From assembly GCA_945865725.1 (NCBI GenBank), contig CAMBEO010000003.1, positions 5,111 through 69,110 on the forward strand: 64,000 nt of DNA. Direction: 5' to 3'. This stretch comes from Thermoflexus hugenholtzii JAD2 (GTDB lineage Bacteria; Chloroflexota; UBA11872; UBA12225). A program made the translations under genes and the position numbers. Of this stretch, positions 39,339 to 49,124 are shown in pieces; the stretch's first letter is position 1, and each line of letters opens with the position of its first letter. The notes beneath the pieces are model-generated. The model ran no database searches and had not been told where the DNA came from. It saw nothing but the letters and a program-made list of their open reading frames with translations.

Positions 39339-40436
39339 ATGACCGGTACCAGCGCCCCCAAGGGATCGCGCGGCTTCGACGCCCTCGACCGCATCGTCGA
39401 TCGCGCGGTGGCCGGAGGCATCTCCGCCGTCGCTGGCGCCGTCGGTGATCGTGACGGTACCCGCTGGCGGCGCTTGGCCGGGCACGTCCGCGCGCAACCA
39501 GGAGCTGCGCCTCTCTCCCCGGTGGATCGTTTCGACCTCGCTTCGCTGACGAAGGTGCTCGTCGCGATGCCCCTGGTCCTCCGCCTCGTCGAGTCAGGCG
39601 ACCTGCATCTCGGGAAAAAGGTTGCCGACCTCGTCCCGGAGTTTGCGGGTGACGGCAAGGGCGACATCACGGTGGCGCACTTGCTGACCCACGCCTCCGG
39701 ATTGCCGGCGCACGTGCCATTCTGGCGCGAACGCAGTGACGTGGCGTCGGTGCGCGCCCGTGTCCTCGCGACCCCTCTCGTCGCGCCACCCGCGACCGCG
39801 ATCACGTACTCCGACCTCGGCTACATGATCCTTGGGTTCCTCATCGAACGCATCCACGGACGGCCCCTCGATGAGGTTGCCCGGAAGGAGGCCTTCGCAC
39901 CCCTCGGCCTCGAAGGTGCGACCTTTCGCCCGAAGGACGCAGGCTTGCCCTACGTCGCAACTGAGGTCGTCGAGGAACGTGGTGGCCTTGTCGCGGGCGA
40001 GGTCCACGACGAGAACGCGATGGCGCTAGGCGGGATTGCCGGGCACGCCGGCCTGTTCGGGACGCTCGACGATGTCGTGCGGGTCGCGCGCTTCTGGGCC
40101 GGTGGGGGCACCACCACCGGCGCGCGATGGCTTTCTGGCGCGTCGATGGCCGCGGCGATGGCTGACCAGACCTCGAGCATCGACCCATCCGCCGCGCGGG
40201 GCCTGGCGTGGGTTCGAACCCCGAACCCGTTCGCGATCCCGAACGACCTTGCCTCCCCGCACGCCGTCAGCCACACCGGGTTCACCGGCACGTCAATCAT
40301 GGTCGACCCGACCTGGGGAACCTGGGCAGTCCTCCTGACCAACCGCGTGCACCCGACCCGACACGGCGACAGCCCGGCACGGATCCGCGAGACGCGCGCG
40401 ACCTTTCACGGCGCGGCTTGGGCAGCGCTTACGTAG
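39339..40436 (+). CDS. Serine hydrolase, beta-lactamase / PBP-like family
   Basis: SxxK motif (SLTK) near the N-terminus and class-C / DD-peptidase-like length. Confidence 0.8.
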   Translation: MTGTSAPKGSRGFDALDRIVDRAVAGGISAVAGAVGDRDGTRWRRLAGHVRAQPGAAPLSPVDRFDLASLTKVLVAMPLVLRLVESGDLHLGKKVADLVPEFAGDGKGDITVAHLLTHASGLPAHVPFWRERSDVASVRARVLATPLVAPPATAITYSDLGYMILGFLIERIHGRPLDEVARKEAFAPLGLEGATFRPKDAGLPYVATEVVEERGGLVAGEVHDENAMALGGIAGHAGLFGTLDDVVRVARFWAGGGTTTGARWLSGASMAAAMADQTSSIDPSAARGLAWVRTPNPFAIPNDLASPHAVSHTGFTGTSIMVDPTWGTWAVLLTNRVHPTRHGDSPARIRETRATFHGAAWAALT

Positions 40437-40516
40437 GCCGGTGCCGTAACTGGGAGCGACGGCCCCCATCTCCCCCTCTACCAAGAAGCGGCGGAGTGTG
40501 GAGCGTCTGACAGGCG

Positions 40517-41740
40517 TCAGGCGGGTCGGCGCGCCGTGCGGCGCAAGCGCTCCATCTGGGCCGCCGGGCGGGTCAAATATCGCTGCGACAACGGGTCGTC
40601 CTTGGGCCAGTCGAATCCGCCCGCGAGGAGCACTGAAGTCGCCTGCAGGAGGGCCGCGCACCCGCGCAGGTCATCGACGTGAACGTACTCGGCGGCGATC
40701 CCGCCCGTGGGTGCCTGGTTGTGGTAGTTCCCGAGGGGCACGCACACGGCCCCGGTCACGTATCCGGCGGCCGTGTAGGTGGTCCCCTCGCACACCCCAC
40801 CGCTCATCAGTTGCCGCTGTACTCGCGCCCCCGGATCCTCGCGCCGCATCGCGTCGCGCGCCGCCCGCAGGAGCGCGTCGCCCGCAGGATGGAAGGTCGT
40901 CGCCGCGTCGCCGACGCGGATCACCGGCCCCTCGCCGATGATTGCGCCCGGCAATTCCCGGCTTGCCTCGATCGACACCACGAGCGCATCGTCCGGCAGG
41001 CCTCGACGGGAGGCCAAGGCCGCCGCGCCAACGAGGCCGACCTCCTCCGCGCGCGTGAACACGCCACCTGAATCGGCGCCCACGCCGTCGCGCACGCAAC
41101 GTGCCAGCCACGCGAGCACGATCGCGCATCCGGCGAGATCGTCCGCCGCCGTCAGGTGGAGGCACCCTGTTGCGGGATCGTGCCGGACCGGGCCGAAGTC
41201 GAACGTGCCGAACGCACCCACCGGCACGTCCGCCTCCGACTCGAGGTCGAGTGCCACCCTCGCGTCAGGGTCGCCCGCAAGCGGCGCGGCGCCGATGACC
41301 CGGCCGGTCGCATCCTGCCACCGACCCCCACTCGCCGCCGCCCTTTCGTCATCGCGGGAAGGGTCAGCCTCCCTCCAGAAGAGGCGTACCGGCACCGGGT
41401 CGACGAACGACTCGGGGCGGATGCTGCCGAGGAGCCTCGCGCGGAGCGGCGCGACATTGGTGATTTCGAGTGCCGGGTGATCCATGTGGGCACTGACCGC
41501 GATCGAGCGGTGTGCCGACCCGCCTGGTCCGCGATGCCAGACCTGGAGGTTGCCGTCGTCGTCCGCCTCGACCGCGAGGCCAATCGTCGCGGCGAAGGCA
41601 TGAACGCAGGCGGCGATCCCGTCCTCGTGATACGCCGCCGTCGGTACCGAGCCAAGCCATGCAAGGATGTCGGCAGGATCCGCCACGTCCCCGAGGAACG
41701 CCGGTGGCTTGTCGAGGGCGGCGGCGATCTGGATGCTCAT
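40517..41740 (-). CDS. M42/M28-like metallo-aminopeptidase family protein
   Basis: Metal-binding segments SAHMDHPAL and TRAEEVGLVGA. ATG at 41740 follows GATACT with no SD (leaderless-like). Upstream part of the ORF is repeat-derived. Confidence 0.65.
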   Translation of the reverse strand: MSIQIAAALDKPPAFLGDVADPADILAWLGSVPTAAYHEDGIAACVHAFAATIGLAVEADDDGNLQVWHRGPGGSAHRSIAVSAHMDHPALEITNVAPLRARLLGSIRPESFVDPVPVRLFWREADPSRDDERAAASGGRWQDATGRVIGAAPLAGDPDARVALDLESEADVPVGAFGTFDFGPVRHDPATGCLHLTAADDLAGCAIVLAWLARCVRDGVGADSGGVFTRAEEVGLVGAAALASRRGLPDDALVVSIEASRELPGAIIGEGPVIRVGDAATTFHPAGDALLRAARDAMRREDPGARVQRQLMSGGVCEGTTYTAAGYVTGAVCVPLGNYHNQAPTGGIAAEYVHVDDLRGCAALLQATSVLLAGGFDWPKDDPLSQRYLTRPAAQMERLRRTARRPA

Positions 41741-41749
41741 CGGCGCGCA

Positions 41750-41990
41750 GTATCGCACCGGGGGAGGCCCTTCCCTCTCCCGCCTCGGCGTTGGGGGTGC
41801 TCGTGGCGCCCCCACCATCGTTATCCGCGTAGGCGACCCCTCTCCCGCCGTAGCGTCGGCAGGCACTAATCGCAGCAGATGGGAGGGGTGGGTGGTGCTT
41901 CCCTCTCCCGCCGCAGCGGGGGAGGGATTGAGGGTGGGGGCCGTCCTGCTCCCCTCTCCCGCCGGCGCGTGCGGGCGCGCATCCGGGTCG
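41750..41990 (+). repeat. Mosaic repeat cluster (modules A-D-C'-A-A')
   Basis: Four hairpin modules, including a near-perfect module A at about 41893 and the reverse of module D (CCACCATCGTTATCCGCGTA). Confidence 0.85.
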
Positions 41991-42047
41991 CTAGACTGCC
42001 AGTAGGCCCTTCGCCTCAAGGATCAATGCGGGAGGCACCCGAGTCGC

Positions 42048-43328
42048 ATGGAACCAATGGCGGGCATGCACACGGGGCGGGGCGGGCGTAGGTCCGCGCT
42101 CGCCGGAGGCATCGCGCTCGCAGGCACGGCCGCCTTTCGCGCGACGGGACCCGCCCGCGCCCAAGGCACCTCTCGCGCCACCTGCACCCTTGCTGACGGC
42201 GAGGACACGGCGGCGCCCGTCGATTGCTCCGGTGACGACGCGGCGCGTGCAGGCATCGCGGCATCGCTCGTCGCCCGTGCCGACGCCCTCGCCCAAGGGG
42301 ACCGTGACGCGTTCCTCGCGACGCTTGACCTACGCAACCCGACCTGGCGACGCATCCAGACCGACTATTTCGCGGCGCGTGGCGCCAGCGTCCGGCGGGT
42401 GACCTTGCGCGGCACGCCTCGCGCACTGCAAGCAAAACCGCGTGGCTACGTGCGTGCGACGATCGAGTTCGCTCCGCCCGGCGCGAGCGCGACCGAGCCG
42501 GGTGCCGGCTCCAGCCGCGCCTCATGGGTCTTCTCGCGCGGTGACGATGGCACGTGGCGCCACGCCGAGCCGCTCAACGAGGAACTTGGCCCGCGACGAA
42601 CTGATGATCGGGGCCTGTTCGTGCTCTCCTACTACGACTGGGACGCCGACGTCCTCGATCGCGTCGCCGCCGTCGCGCGCACCGCATGGGCGAAGGTCGG
42701 CCAGTCGCTTCCCTTGCCGGTCGACGTCCGCCCGACGATCTCGCTCAATCCGACATACGCCTCGCACTCCGGCCTTCGCGGGTCCACCACCTGGGCGGCG
42801 TACCTCCCTGGTTCGCGGGGCACGGTCCTCCTCCGGTCGCCCGACTCGTACGGAGCCGGAACCGTGCCCATCGGCGAGTCACCTGACGACCAGTTGCTCG
42901 TGCCCCTCGCGCATGAGATGACGCACCTCGTCAATGACGCGATCATCTCGATCGTACGCATCCCGCAGTGGATGTCCGAGGGCCTTGCCGAACACGTGGC
43001 CGAGCACCTTCGTGCTGGTGATATGGCGGGGGCCGTGCGGAGCGGTCGCACGTGGACCCTTGACAAGGCGAGCGACGTGATCGAATGGGGCGCCGACCCC
43101 GCTCGCGACTACACCCCTTCCGACGTCTCGCTCGCCTACGCCCACGCTGCGCACGGCGTGCACTACTTCGTCGAGCGGTTCGGGATGGCGTCGTTCTGGG
43201 ATCTCGCGCGCGAGTTCGCCACGTCTCGTTCGTGGGACCGCTCCTTCGTGTCAGCCACCGGCACTTCGTGGGAAGCCTTTGGCGCCGACTGGGGGGCGTG
43301 GCTCGCGGATCGCTACGGGCGCAGCTGA
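42048..43328 (+). CDS. Secreted HExxH zinc-metallopeptidase-like protein (peptidase MA-like)
   Basis: HEMTH motif. N-terminus GRRSALAGGIALAGTAAF suggests a Tat or Sec signal. Confidence 0.55.
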   Translation: MEPMAGMHTGRGGRRSALAGGIALAGTAAFRATGPARAQGTSRATCTLADGEDTAAPVDCSGDDAARAGIAASLVARADALAQGDRDAFLATLDLRNPTWRRIQTDYFAARGASVRRVTLRGTPRALQAKPRGYVRATIEFAPPGASATEPGAGSSRASWVFSRGDDGTWRHAEPLNEELGPRRTDDRGLFVLSYYDWDADVLDRVAAVARTAWAKVGQSLPLPVDVRPTISLNPTYASHSGLRGSTTWAAYLPGSRGTVLLRSPDSYGAGTVPIGESPDDQLLVPLAHEMTHLVNDAIISIVRIPQWMSEGLAEHVAEHLRAGDMAGAVRSGRTWTLDKASDVIEWGADPARDYTPSDVSLAYAHAAHGVHYFVERFGMASFWDLAREFATSRSWDRSFVSATGTSWEAFGADWGAWLADRYGRS

Positions 43329-43329
43329 G

Positions 43330-43440
43330 AGAACTGGGAGCGTTCCCCTTCGCGTCCCCCGGCCGTCCCTACTGGGGAGCGCTGGCGCCTTGCCGCCGGC
43401 GCGACGCCCCAATGCCTCCCCGTCCCCCGGCCGTCCCTAC
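43330..43440 (+). repeat. Mosaic repeat, module E x2 (TCCCCCGGCCGTCCCTACTGGG)
   Basis: Direct duplication 75 nt apart, between the convergent metallopeptidase and folD genes. Confidence 0.85.
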
Positions 43441-43462
43441 TGGGAATGTCGGCGTCCGTTCG

Positions 43463-44326
43463 CTACAACGAACCCCCAGCGACGGCCCGGGCGGCGGTGA
43501 CGACGTTGCGCAACAGGACGGCGGTCGTCATCGGCAACGTCCCCCCGGGCACTGGCGACACCCACGCGGCGACTTGCGACACGCTTGCGAAGTCAACGTC
43601 GCCGTGCATCTGGCCATGCGCGTCGACCGTCGTGCCGAAGTCAACGACGACGGCGCCGGGAGCGACCATGTCGCCGCTGATGAGGCCCCGTCGCCCGGCG
43701 GCAACGAATAGCAATTCGGCGTCGAGGCAGGCCTCTTTCAGGTTTCGTGTCGCGGTGTGGCACACCGTCACCGTCGCGCCCGCCGTGATCAGCAGTAGCG
43801 CAAGTGGCCTCCCGATCACGACACTTCGCCCGACCACCGTCGCACGCGCGCCCCGGACTTCGAGGCCGTGATGGCGGAGCAGTTCCAGGCCACCGAGCGG
43901 CGTTGCCGGGACGAGGCCCGGGCGACCCGTCGCGAGCAGGCCGGCCGACTCCGGGGTGACCCCGTCGACATCCTTGCGCGGCGAGAGCGTCGCCCCGACC
44001 GCGGCGACCGAGAACGTCGCCGGGAGCGGCATCTGCACGATCACCCCGTGCACCTCATCATCCGCGTTCAGGCGCTCAAGGCATGCGACAAGGTCGTGAT
44101 CAGTCCCGTCGGCGGGGACTTCGACCAGGCGTGCCTCGATACCGACCCGGCCGCACGCCCGGGAGATTGCCCGGGCGTATGCGCCCGATGACGCGTCCCC
44201 TGGGACGATGACCGTCGCCAAGCACGGGGGCCGCCGAAGGACTGCGGTGATCGCAGCCGCTTCGCGCGCAACCGCCTGCCGGATCGCCGCCGACGCGGCC
44301 GACCCATCAAGGAGTTGCGCGGTCAT
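43463..44326 (-). CDS. folD: Bifunctional methylenetetrahydrofolate dehydrogenase / methenyl-THF cyclohydrolase
   Basis: Canonical FolD organisation (...GRSVVIGRPLALLL...PVPGGTLPMTTAVLL). Confidence 0.9.
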   Translation of the reverse strand: MTAQLLDGSAASAAIRQAVAREAAAITAVLRRPPCLATVIVPGDASSGAYARAISRACGRVGIEARLVEVPADGTDHDLVACLERLNADDEVHGVIVQMPLPATFSVAAVGATLSPRKDVDGVTPESAGLLATGRPGLVPATPLGGLELLRHHGLEVRGARATVVGRSVVIGRPLALLLITAGATVTVCHTATRNLKEACLDAELLFVAAGRRGLISGDMVAPGAVVVDFGTTVDAHGQMHGDVDFASVSQVAAWVSPVPGGTLPMTTAVLLRNVVTAARAVAGGSL

Positions 44327-44387
44327 TCGGGCCTCCACGCGGTCGGGTCCCGACCCGATGTTTCATCCGCTGCCAGGCCAGCGTGCA

Positions 44388-45245
44388 TCAAGCGTGCTGC
44401 ATCGCGTTCCAGGCGGCCAGGCACCGGCGCGTGCCTTCCTCCCCGCCCGCCGAAAACGCCGACCCACCGGGGCGTTTCACGAGTTCGTCGTCAAGCGCGC
44501 CGTGCACCCGGTAATGCGTCTCGAGGGAGACGAACCCGTCAAACCCGTCGCGGCGCAAAGTCTCGAGTTGTGCCGGGATCCCGACTGCGCCCTCGCCGAG
44601 GACCGTCGCCGCGTGCCCGCCATCCGGTGACGGCAGCGCATCCTTGACATGCACGTGCGCGACATGCCCGCGCACGCGTGCGTACCCGGCGCCAACCGCA
44701 TCCGCCTCGCCCGACCAGTACGCGTTGCACGGGTCCCACAACGCACGGACGGACGAGTTGCCGAGACGGTCGAGGAACGAGGCGATCTCGTGCGACGTCG
44801 CGACGTTGCACGTGTGTTCGTTCTCGATCACCAGCGTCAGCCCCGTCCCCTCCAGCACGCGGATCGCGACCGCGAAGTGGTCAGCGATCTCGCCTACCCG
44901 TGCCCCGGGGTCATCCGCACGCCAGAAGGTGAAGGCGCGGACGAGGCGGGTGTCGAGGGCATGCGCCGCTTCGATGCATCGCCGGAGGATGTCGAGGTGT
45001 TCTGCGACCTCCGCCGGGTCGTCCAGGTTGCACTTGAACACTGGCGAGGCCAAGCTGGCGACGACGAGGCCACGACCCGTGGCGGTATCCCGCACCCGCC
45101 GAAGCTGGTCCGGTGTCATGCGGTCGATCCGCACGTCCCAGGCCGTCCGAACCTCGATGCCGTCGAGGCCAAACGCACTGGCCATCTCTACCGCGACGTC
45201 GAGGTCCTGGGAGATCTCATCAGTAATGACTGCACGCCTGAACAT
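44388..45245 (-). CDS. Sugar phosphate isomerase/epimerase (xylose isomerase-like TIM barrel)
   Basis: TIM-barrel AP-endo-2 family pattern. ATG at 45245 follows CTACACT at -8 (leaderless-like). Confidence 0.75.
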   Translation of the reverse strand: MFRRAVITDEISQDLDVAVEMASAFGLDGIEVRTAWDVRIDRMTPDQLRRVRDTATGRGLVVASLASPVFKCNLDDPAEVAEHLDILRRCIEAAHALDTRLVRAFTFWRADDPGARVGEIADHFAVAIRVLEGTGLTLVIENEHTCNVATSHEIASFLDRLGNSSVRALWDPCNAYWSGEADAVGAGYARVRGHVAHVHVKDALPSPDGGHAATVLGEGAVGIPAQLETLRRDGFDGFVSLETHYRVHGALDDELVKRPGGSAFSAGGEEGTRRCLAAWNAMQHA

Positions 45246-45284
45246 GGCGGCCAGTGTAGCGGAGACACCCGTCGCTTCTGGCCC

Positions 45285-45425
45285 CGGGTCCGCCGGCATC
45301 CCTGCCCGCTCCGCCCACGTCGTGCCTCCCCCACTCGGGTTGGCGCGGGCCATGTCCGTCCCACTTCTCCACCCGTGAGAACTTTTCCGCAAGCGCCGGA
45401 CGACGCGTACGCGGATGACGAGGGA
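45285..45425 (+). repeat. Degenerate mosaic repeat fragments (B-like, E-like, D-like)
   Basis: GCCGGCATCCCTGCCCGC, CGGGTTGGCGCGGGC and CGCGTACGCGGATGACGAGGG match modules at other loci with mismatches. Confidence 0.6.
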
Positions 45426-45486
45426 ATTTTCGCTCCGACCTGCTCCGGAGCCGCGACGGTCGCCTATCGGGTCGACCGACTGAACG

Positions 45487-46092
45487 TCACCCGAACCCGA
45501 ACGGGTCCTGGCGGCGCACGATGATCGTGATGCCATGGTCGCGCGCGAGGGTGTCGACGAGGCGACGGTCACTTCCTGACAGCCCACCAGCGGAACCCGC
45601 ACCGCCGAAGGGGTCACGACCGCCCAGGCGGCGGTCAAGGATCACGACGACGACTGCCTCGTATCGCGTGGCGAGGAGGACCGCGTCCGCGATCGCCGCT
45701 TGCGCCGGTCGCGCGTCCTGCCTCAGGACACACAGCGTGACCGCGACGCCGCCGGCGGTCCGTAAAGGGCGCGGCCGCTGGGCGCCCCCGCCAAAAAGGT
45801 CGAGCGGCGCCTGATCGGTCGGCCGGGGCGCGTCGCCCGGCCGAAACGCCGCGAGGTCCGGCACGACCCGCATGCCCAGGAACCCGGCCCCTGGTGGGTC
45901 GGCACCCCCGTCGCCGGTGACCACCACCTCGGACCCGTCGCCCAAGGCCTCGCGAACCGCGCGCGCCGCATCCTCTCGCAGGTAAACCGGGCCGGCATGC
46001 TGCGGGTCGAACTCGCCAATCTCTAGCGCCTTCACGACGGCGGCCACTCGCTCGTCAATGTCGGCGGTGTCGTCCGCGCGGCGTGCTGCCAT
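45487..46092 (-). CDS. Hypothetical protein (possible Rossmann-like nucleotide-binding fold)
   Basis: ATG at 46092 follows TACGAT (leaderless-like). Upstream 188 codons of the long ORF are junk. Confidence 0.4.
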   Translation of the reverse strand: MAARRADDTADIDERVAAVVKALEIGEFDPQHAGPVYLREDAARAVREALGDGSEVVVTGDGGADPPGAGFLGMRVVPDLAAFRPGDAPRPTDQAPLDLFGGGAQRPRPLRTAGGVAVTLCVLRQDARPAQAAIADAVLLATRYEAVVVVILDRRLGGRDPFGGAGSAGGLSGSDRRLVDTLARDHGITIIVRRQDPFGFG

Positions 46093-46209
46093 GCTTCGAT
46101 CGTAGCGACGGCGACGATCAAGGGCAACCGCGCGGGGACCACCGATGGGGATCGGGATTCGGCGCCCCCTTCGTCCCCCTCCAGGCGTGGCGCGGCTACA
46201 CTTCGCTCG

Positions 46210-46446
46210 ATGGCCGAAGTCCTTTGCTCCAGATGCGGGCGGCACGCGCCCGGGCTCGATGAACCGCCGCTTGCCGGCGCGCGCGGCGCCACCGTCGTGG
46301 CGAGGGTCTGCGCCGCCTGCTGGGGTGAATGGGTCGAGGAGTCGAAGCTGCTGATCAACCACCACGGGATCGAGGTCGCCGACCCGCAGCAGCGCCAGCG
46401 CCTCTACCCGATCATGGCCGAATATCTCAAGATCCCCGGCCTCTGA
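46210..46446 (+). CDS. YggX-like Fe(2+)-trafficking / oxidative-damage protection protein
   Basis: 78 aa with an N-terminal CxxC and a YggX-like C-terminus (…LINHHGIEVADPQQRQRLYPIMAEYLK). CTACACT 7 nt before the ATG. Confidence 0.65.
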   Translation: MAEVLCSRCGRHAPGLDEPPLAGARGATVVARVCAACWGEWVEESKLLINHHGIEVADPQQRQRLYPIMAEYLKIPGL

Positions 46447-46622
46447 CGCGCAAACCTCCCGGTGACGTACACTTCGGGCCAATGCCCCGTGGGCCAGTCG
46501 TGTTCGCACGGTCGGCAGGCGGGATCCCTGATGCGGTCGCCCGGGCACGCGCGTGCCCGCACCCGCCATCGACCAGGCGGCGCGTGGGGCTGTCCCGACC
46601 GCTTCCTTCAAGGAGAATTCGC

Positions 46623-46940
46623 GTGCTGAGGATGCGTCTGACGCGCTTGGGAGCAAAGAAGCGCCCGAGCTACCGCGTGATCGTGACCGAGAGCGACTAC
46701 CCGCGCGAGGGCCGTCACGTCGAGATCCTCGGTCACTACGACCCGATGACCACGCCGGCGACGGTCAAGCTCAAGACTGATCGCGCCGTCACGTGGCTCC
46801 TGAACGGCGCGCAGCCGTCCGACCGCGTGCGGATCCTCCTCCGCCATGCGGGCGTCCTCAAGGCGTGGGAAGCCGCGCGGATTGCCGCCAAGAAGGCCCG
46901 CAAGGAAGCCGACGCCGCCGCGGCCGCGCAGTCCTCCTGA
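46623..46940 (+). CDS. rpsP: 30S ribosomal protein S16
   Basis: …LRMRLTRLGAKKRPSYRVIV…, the canonical bS16 N-terminus. GTG start with AAGGAGA 7 nt upstream. Confidence 0.9.
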   Translation: MLRMRLTRLGAKKRPSYRVIVTESDYPREGRHVEILGHYDPMTTPATVKLKTDRAVTWLLNGAQPSDRVRILLRHAGVLKAWEAARIAAKKARKEADAAAAAQSS

Positions 46941-46960
46941 CCCGTATCGGAGCGTCACCC

Positions 46961-47188
46961 ATGAAGCCGCTTGTCGAGTTCATCGCCCGCGGCCTCGTCG
47001 ACGAACCCGACGAGGTCGAAGTCCGGCAGCGCGAGAACGGCCGGATCCTCGTCGTCTCGCTCGCCTGCGCGCAGGCGGACACCGGCAAGGTCATCGGCAA
47101 GGAGGGCCGCGTCGCGAAGGCGATGCGCGCCATCCTCGCCACGGCGGCAAATCGCCGGCGCCGCCGCGCCATCCTCGAGATCGGCTGA
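46961..47188 (+). CDS. KH-domain RNA-binding protein (YlqC-like)
   Basis: KH motif VIGKEGRVAKAMRAIL; conserved position between rpsP and rimM. Confidence 0.85.
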   Translation: MKPLVEFIARGLVDEPDEVEVRQRENGRILVVSLACAQADTGKVIGKEGRVAKAMRAILATAANRRRRRAILEIG

Positions 47189-47838
47189 TGGCGGCGGCCC
47201 CTCGCCGCCTCGGCATGCCCGCGCGGCTTCGCATGGCCCCCAGCCTGGCCCGGGGTGCCCGTCGGCCCGTGGTCGAACGGGTTCCCGCCCCGCTGCCCGA
47301 GCCGCCCGCGCCATCCATCGTCCCGCCCGCCAACGGGCTTGACGGGTGCATCGCCGTCGGTCAGGTCATGGGTGCCTTCGGCCCGCGCGGCGACGTGCGC
47401 GTCCAGCCGTTCAGCGACCATCCCGAGCGGTTCAAGGCGATCAAGCGCCTCTTCATCGGTGACGCCCTCGTGCCTGCCCGCATCCTCGGGCGTGGCGTCC
47501 ACGGCCTTGGGATCACCCTGCGCCTCGACGGCATCACCACCCGGGAACATGCGAAGGGGCTCTTCGGCTCCCTCCTCTACGTCCCCGAGGAGGAAGCCGT
47601 GACGCTCCCTCCCGGCGAGTATTTCGTCCACCTCCTGATCGGGTCGGGGGTCGTCACCGACGAGGGCGAACACTTGGGTACCGTGACCGAGATCCTGCGC
47701 ACCGGCAGCAACGATGTCTACGTAATCGCCGGCCCGCGCGGCGAGGTCCTTGTCCCGGTGATCCCCGACGTGGTCAAGCGCGTCGATCTCGAGGCCCGGA
47801 CGATCCACGTCACCCTGATGCCCGGTCTCATCGACTGA
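47188..47838 (+). CDS. rimM: 16S rRNA processing protein RimM (with about 50-aa N-terminal extension)
   Basis: RimM core ([24 protein letters not shown]…) plus a PRC-barrel C-terminus. The start overlaps the KH-gene stop (TGATG). Confidence 0.8.
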   Translation: MAAAPRRLGMPARLRMAPSLARGARRPVVERVPAPLPEPPAPSIVPPANGLDGCIAVGQVMGAFGPRGDVRVQPFSDHPERFKAIKRLFIGDALVPARILGRGVHGLGITLRLDGITTREHAKGLFGSLLYVPEEEAVTLPPGEYFVHLLIGSGVVTDEGEHLGTVTEILRTGSNDVYVIAGPRGEVLVPVIPDVVKRVDLEARTIHVTLMPGLID

Positions 47839-47866
47839 CACCCGTGGGCGGGCCCGCCGACGACCG

Positions 47867-48640
47867 ATGCGGATCGACGTCCTGACCCTCTTCCCGGACA
47901 TGGTCCGCGACCCCCTGCGCCACAGCATCGTGGCCCGTGCGACGGCCGCCGGGATCGCCGAGGTCTGCGTCCATGACCTGCGCGACTGGACGACCGACCG
48001 GCGCCGCACCGCGGACGACACCCCGTACGGCGGTGGTGCCGGGATGGTGATGACCCCCGGCCCCCTGGTGAAGGCGATCCGCGCGGTGTCGGACGGCGCA
48101 AGCCCGGCCCCGCTCCGCGTCCTGCTGTGCCCGCAAGGCGAACCCTTGACCCAACGCCTGGTCGCCGAACTTGCCGCGCACCCGCGCCTCCTCCTCGCCT
48201 GCGGACATTACGAGGGCATCGATGAGCGGGTGCGGCAGACCGTCATCGACCGGGAGGTCTCGATCGGCGACTTCGTCCTCTCCGGCGGCGAACTCGCGGC
48301 CCTTGTCATCGTCGATGCCGTGGTCCGCCTCCTGCCGGGCGCTCTTGGTTCGCCCGAATCAGCCATCGACGAGAGCCATTCGGACGGCCTCCTCGAATAC
48401 CCGCAGTACACCCGCCCGCCGGCCTTCGAAGGGATCGACGTGCCCGACGTCCTCCTGTCCGGACATCATGGCCGCGTGGATGTCTGGCGGCGCGCGCAGT
48501 CGATTGCGCGTACGCGCGAGCGCCGGCCGGACCTCTACGCCCGCTGGTGGGTCGCCGACCGTGTCGACCGGGCGATGGCCCCACCACCGCGGAAACGGCG
48601 CCGTCGCACGCCCCCGTCCACGCCCATCGACGGGGCCTGA
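47867..48640 (+). CDS. trmD: tRNA (guanine37-N1)-methyltransferase
   Basis: [12 protein letters not shown]…YGGGAGMVM, typical of TrmD. Confidence 0.9.
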   Translation: MRIDVLTLFPDMVRDPLRHSIVARATAAGIAEVCVHDLRDWTTDRRRTADDTPYGGGAGMVMTPGPLVKAIRAVSDGASPAPLRVLLCPQGEPLTQRLVAELAAHPRLLLACGHYEGIDERVRQTVIDREVSIGDFVLSGGELAALVIVDAVVRLLPGALGSPESAIDESHSDGLLEYPQYTRPPAFEGIDVPDVLLSGHHGRVDVWRRAQSIARTRERRPDLYARWWVADRVDRAMAPPPRKRRRRTPPSTPIDGA

Positions 48641-48756
48641 CTGGTAGACTTGCCATCTAGTGGGTCCGGCCGAGGCCGCGATCCGATCCTTGCACGCGCG
48701 GTGGCAGGCCATGTCACGCCGCCCCACGGTCACGTGCGCCCCCGGAGACTCCGACC

Positions 48757-49107
48757 ATGGCGAACGTCATCGACGAACTCAACCGCGAGCAGTTGCGCAC
48801 CGACGTCCCGCAGTTTGGGCCGGGCGACACCGTGCGCGTCCAGGTGAAGGTCACCGAAGGCACCCGCGAGCGCCTGCAGGCCTTCGAGGGCGTCTGCATG
48901 CGCTACAAGGGCGGCAGCGTGCTTACGCGCTTCACCGTCCGCAAGATCTCCTCGGGGATCGGCGTGGAGCGGACCTTCCTCCTGCACTCCCCGAAGATCG
49001 ACCGAATCGAGGTCGTCCGGCGAGGCAAGGTACGGCGCGCCCAGCTGTACTACCTGCGCGGCCTGACCGGCAAGGCGGCTCGGATCAAGGAACTGCGACG
49101 CCGCTGA
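48757..49107 (+). CDS. rplS: 50S ribosomal protein L19
   Basis: Full-length bL19 (…[13 protein letters not shown]…RAQLYYLR…). Confidence 0.95.
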   Translation: MANVIDELNREQLRTDVPQFGPGDTVRVQVKVTEGTRERLQAFEGVCMRYKGGSVLTRFTVRKISSGIGVERTFLLHSPKIDRIEVVRRGKVRRAQLYYLRGLTGKAARIKELRRR

Positions 49108-49124
49108 TCCGTCGTCTCGGCGAC

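Noticed and set aside
40205-40225. tRNA-like GGTTCGAACC motif
   Set aside because: It lies inside the serine-hydrolase coding sequence (WVRTPNP...) with no cloverleaf around it.
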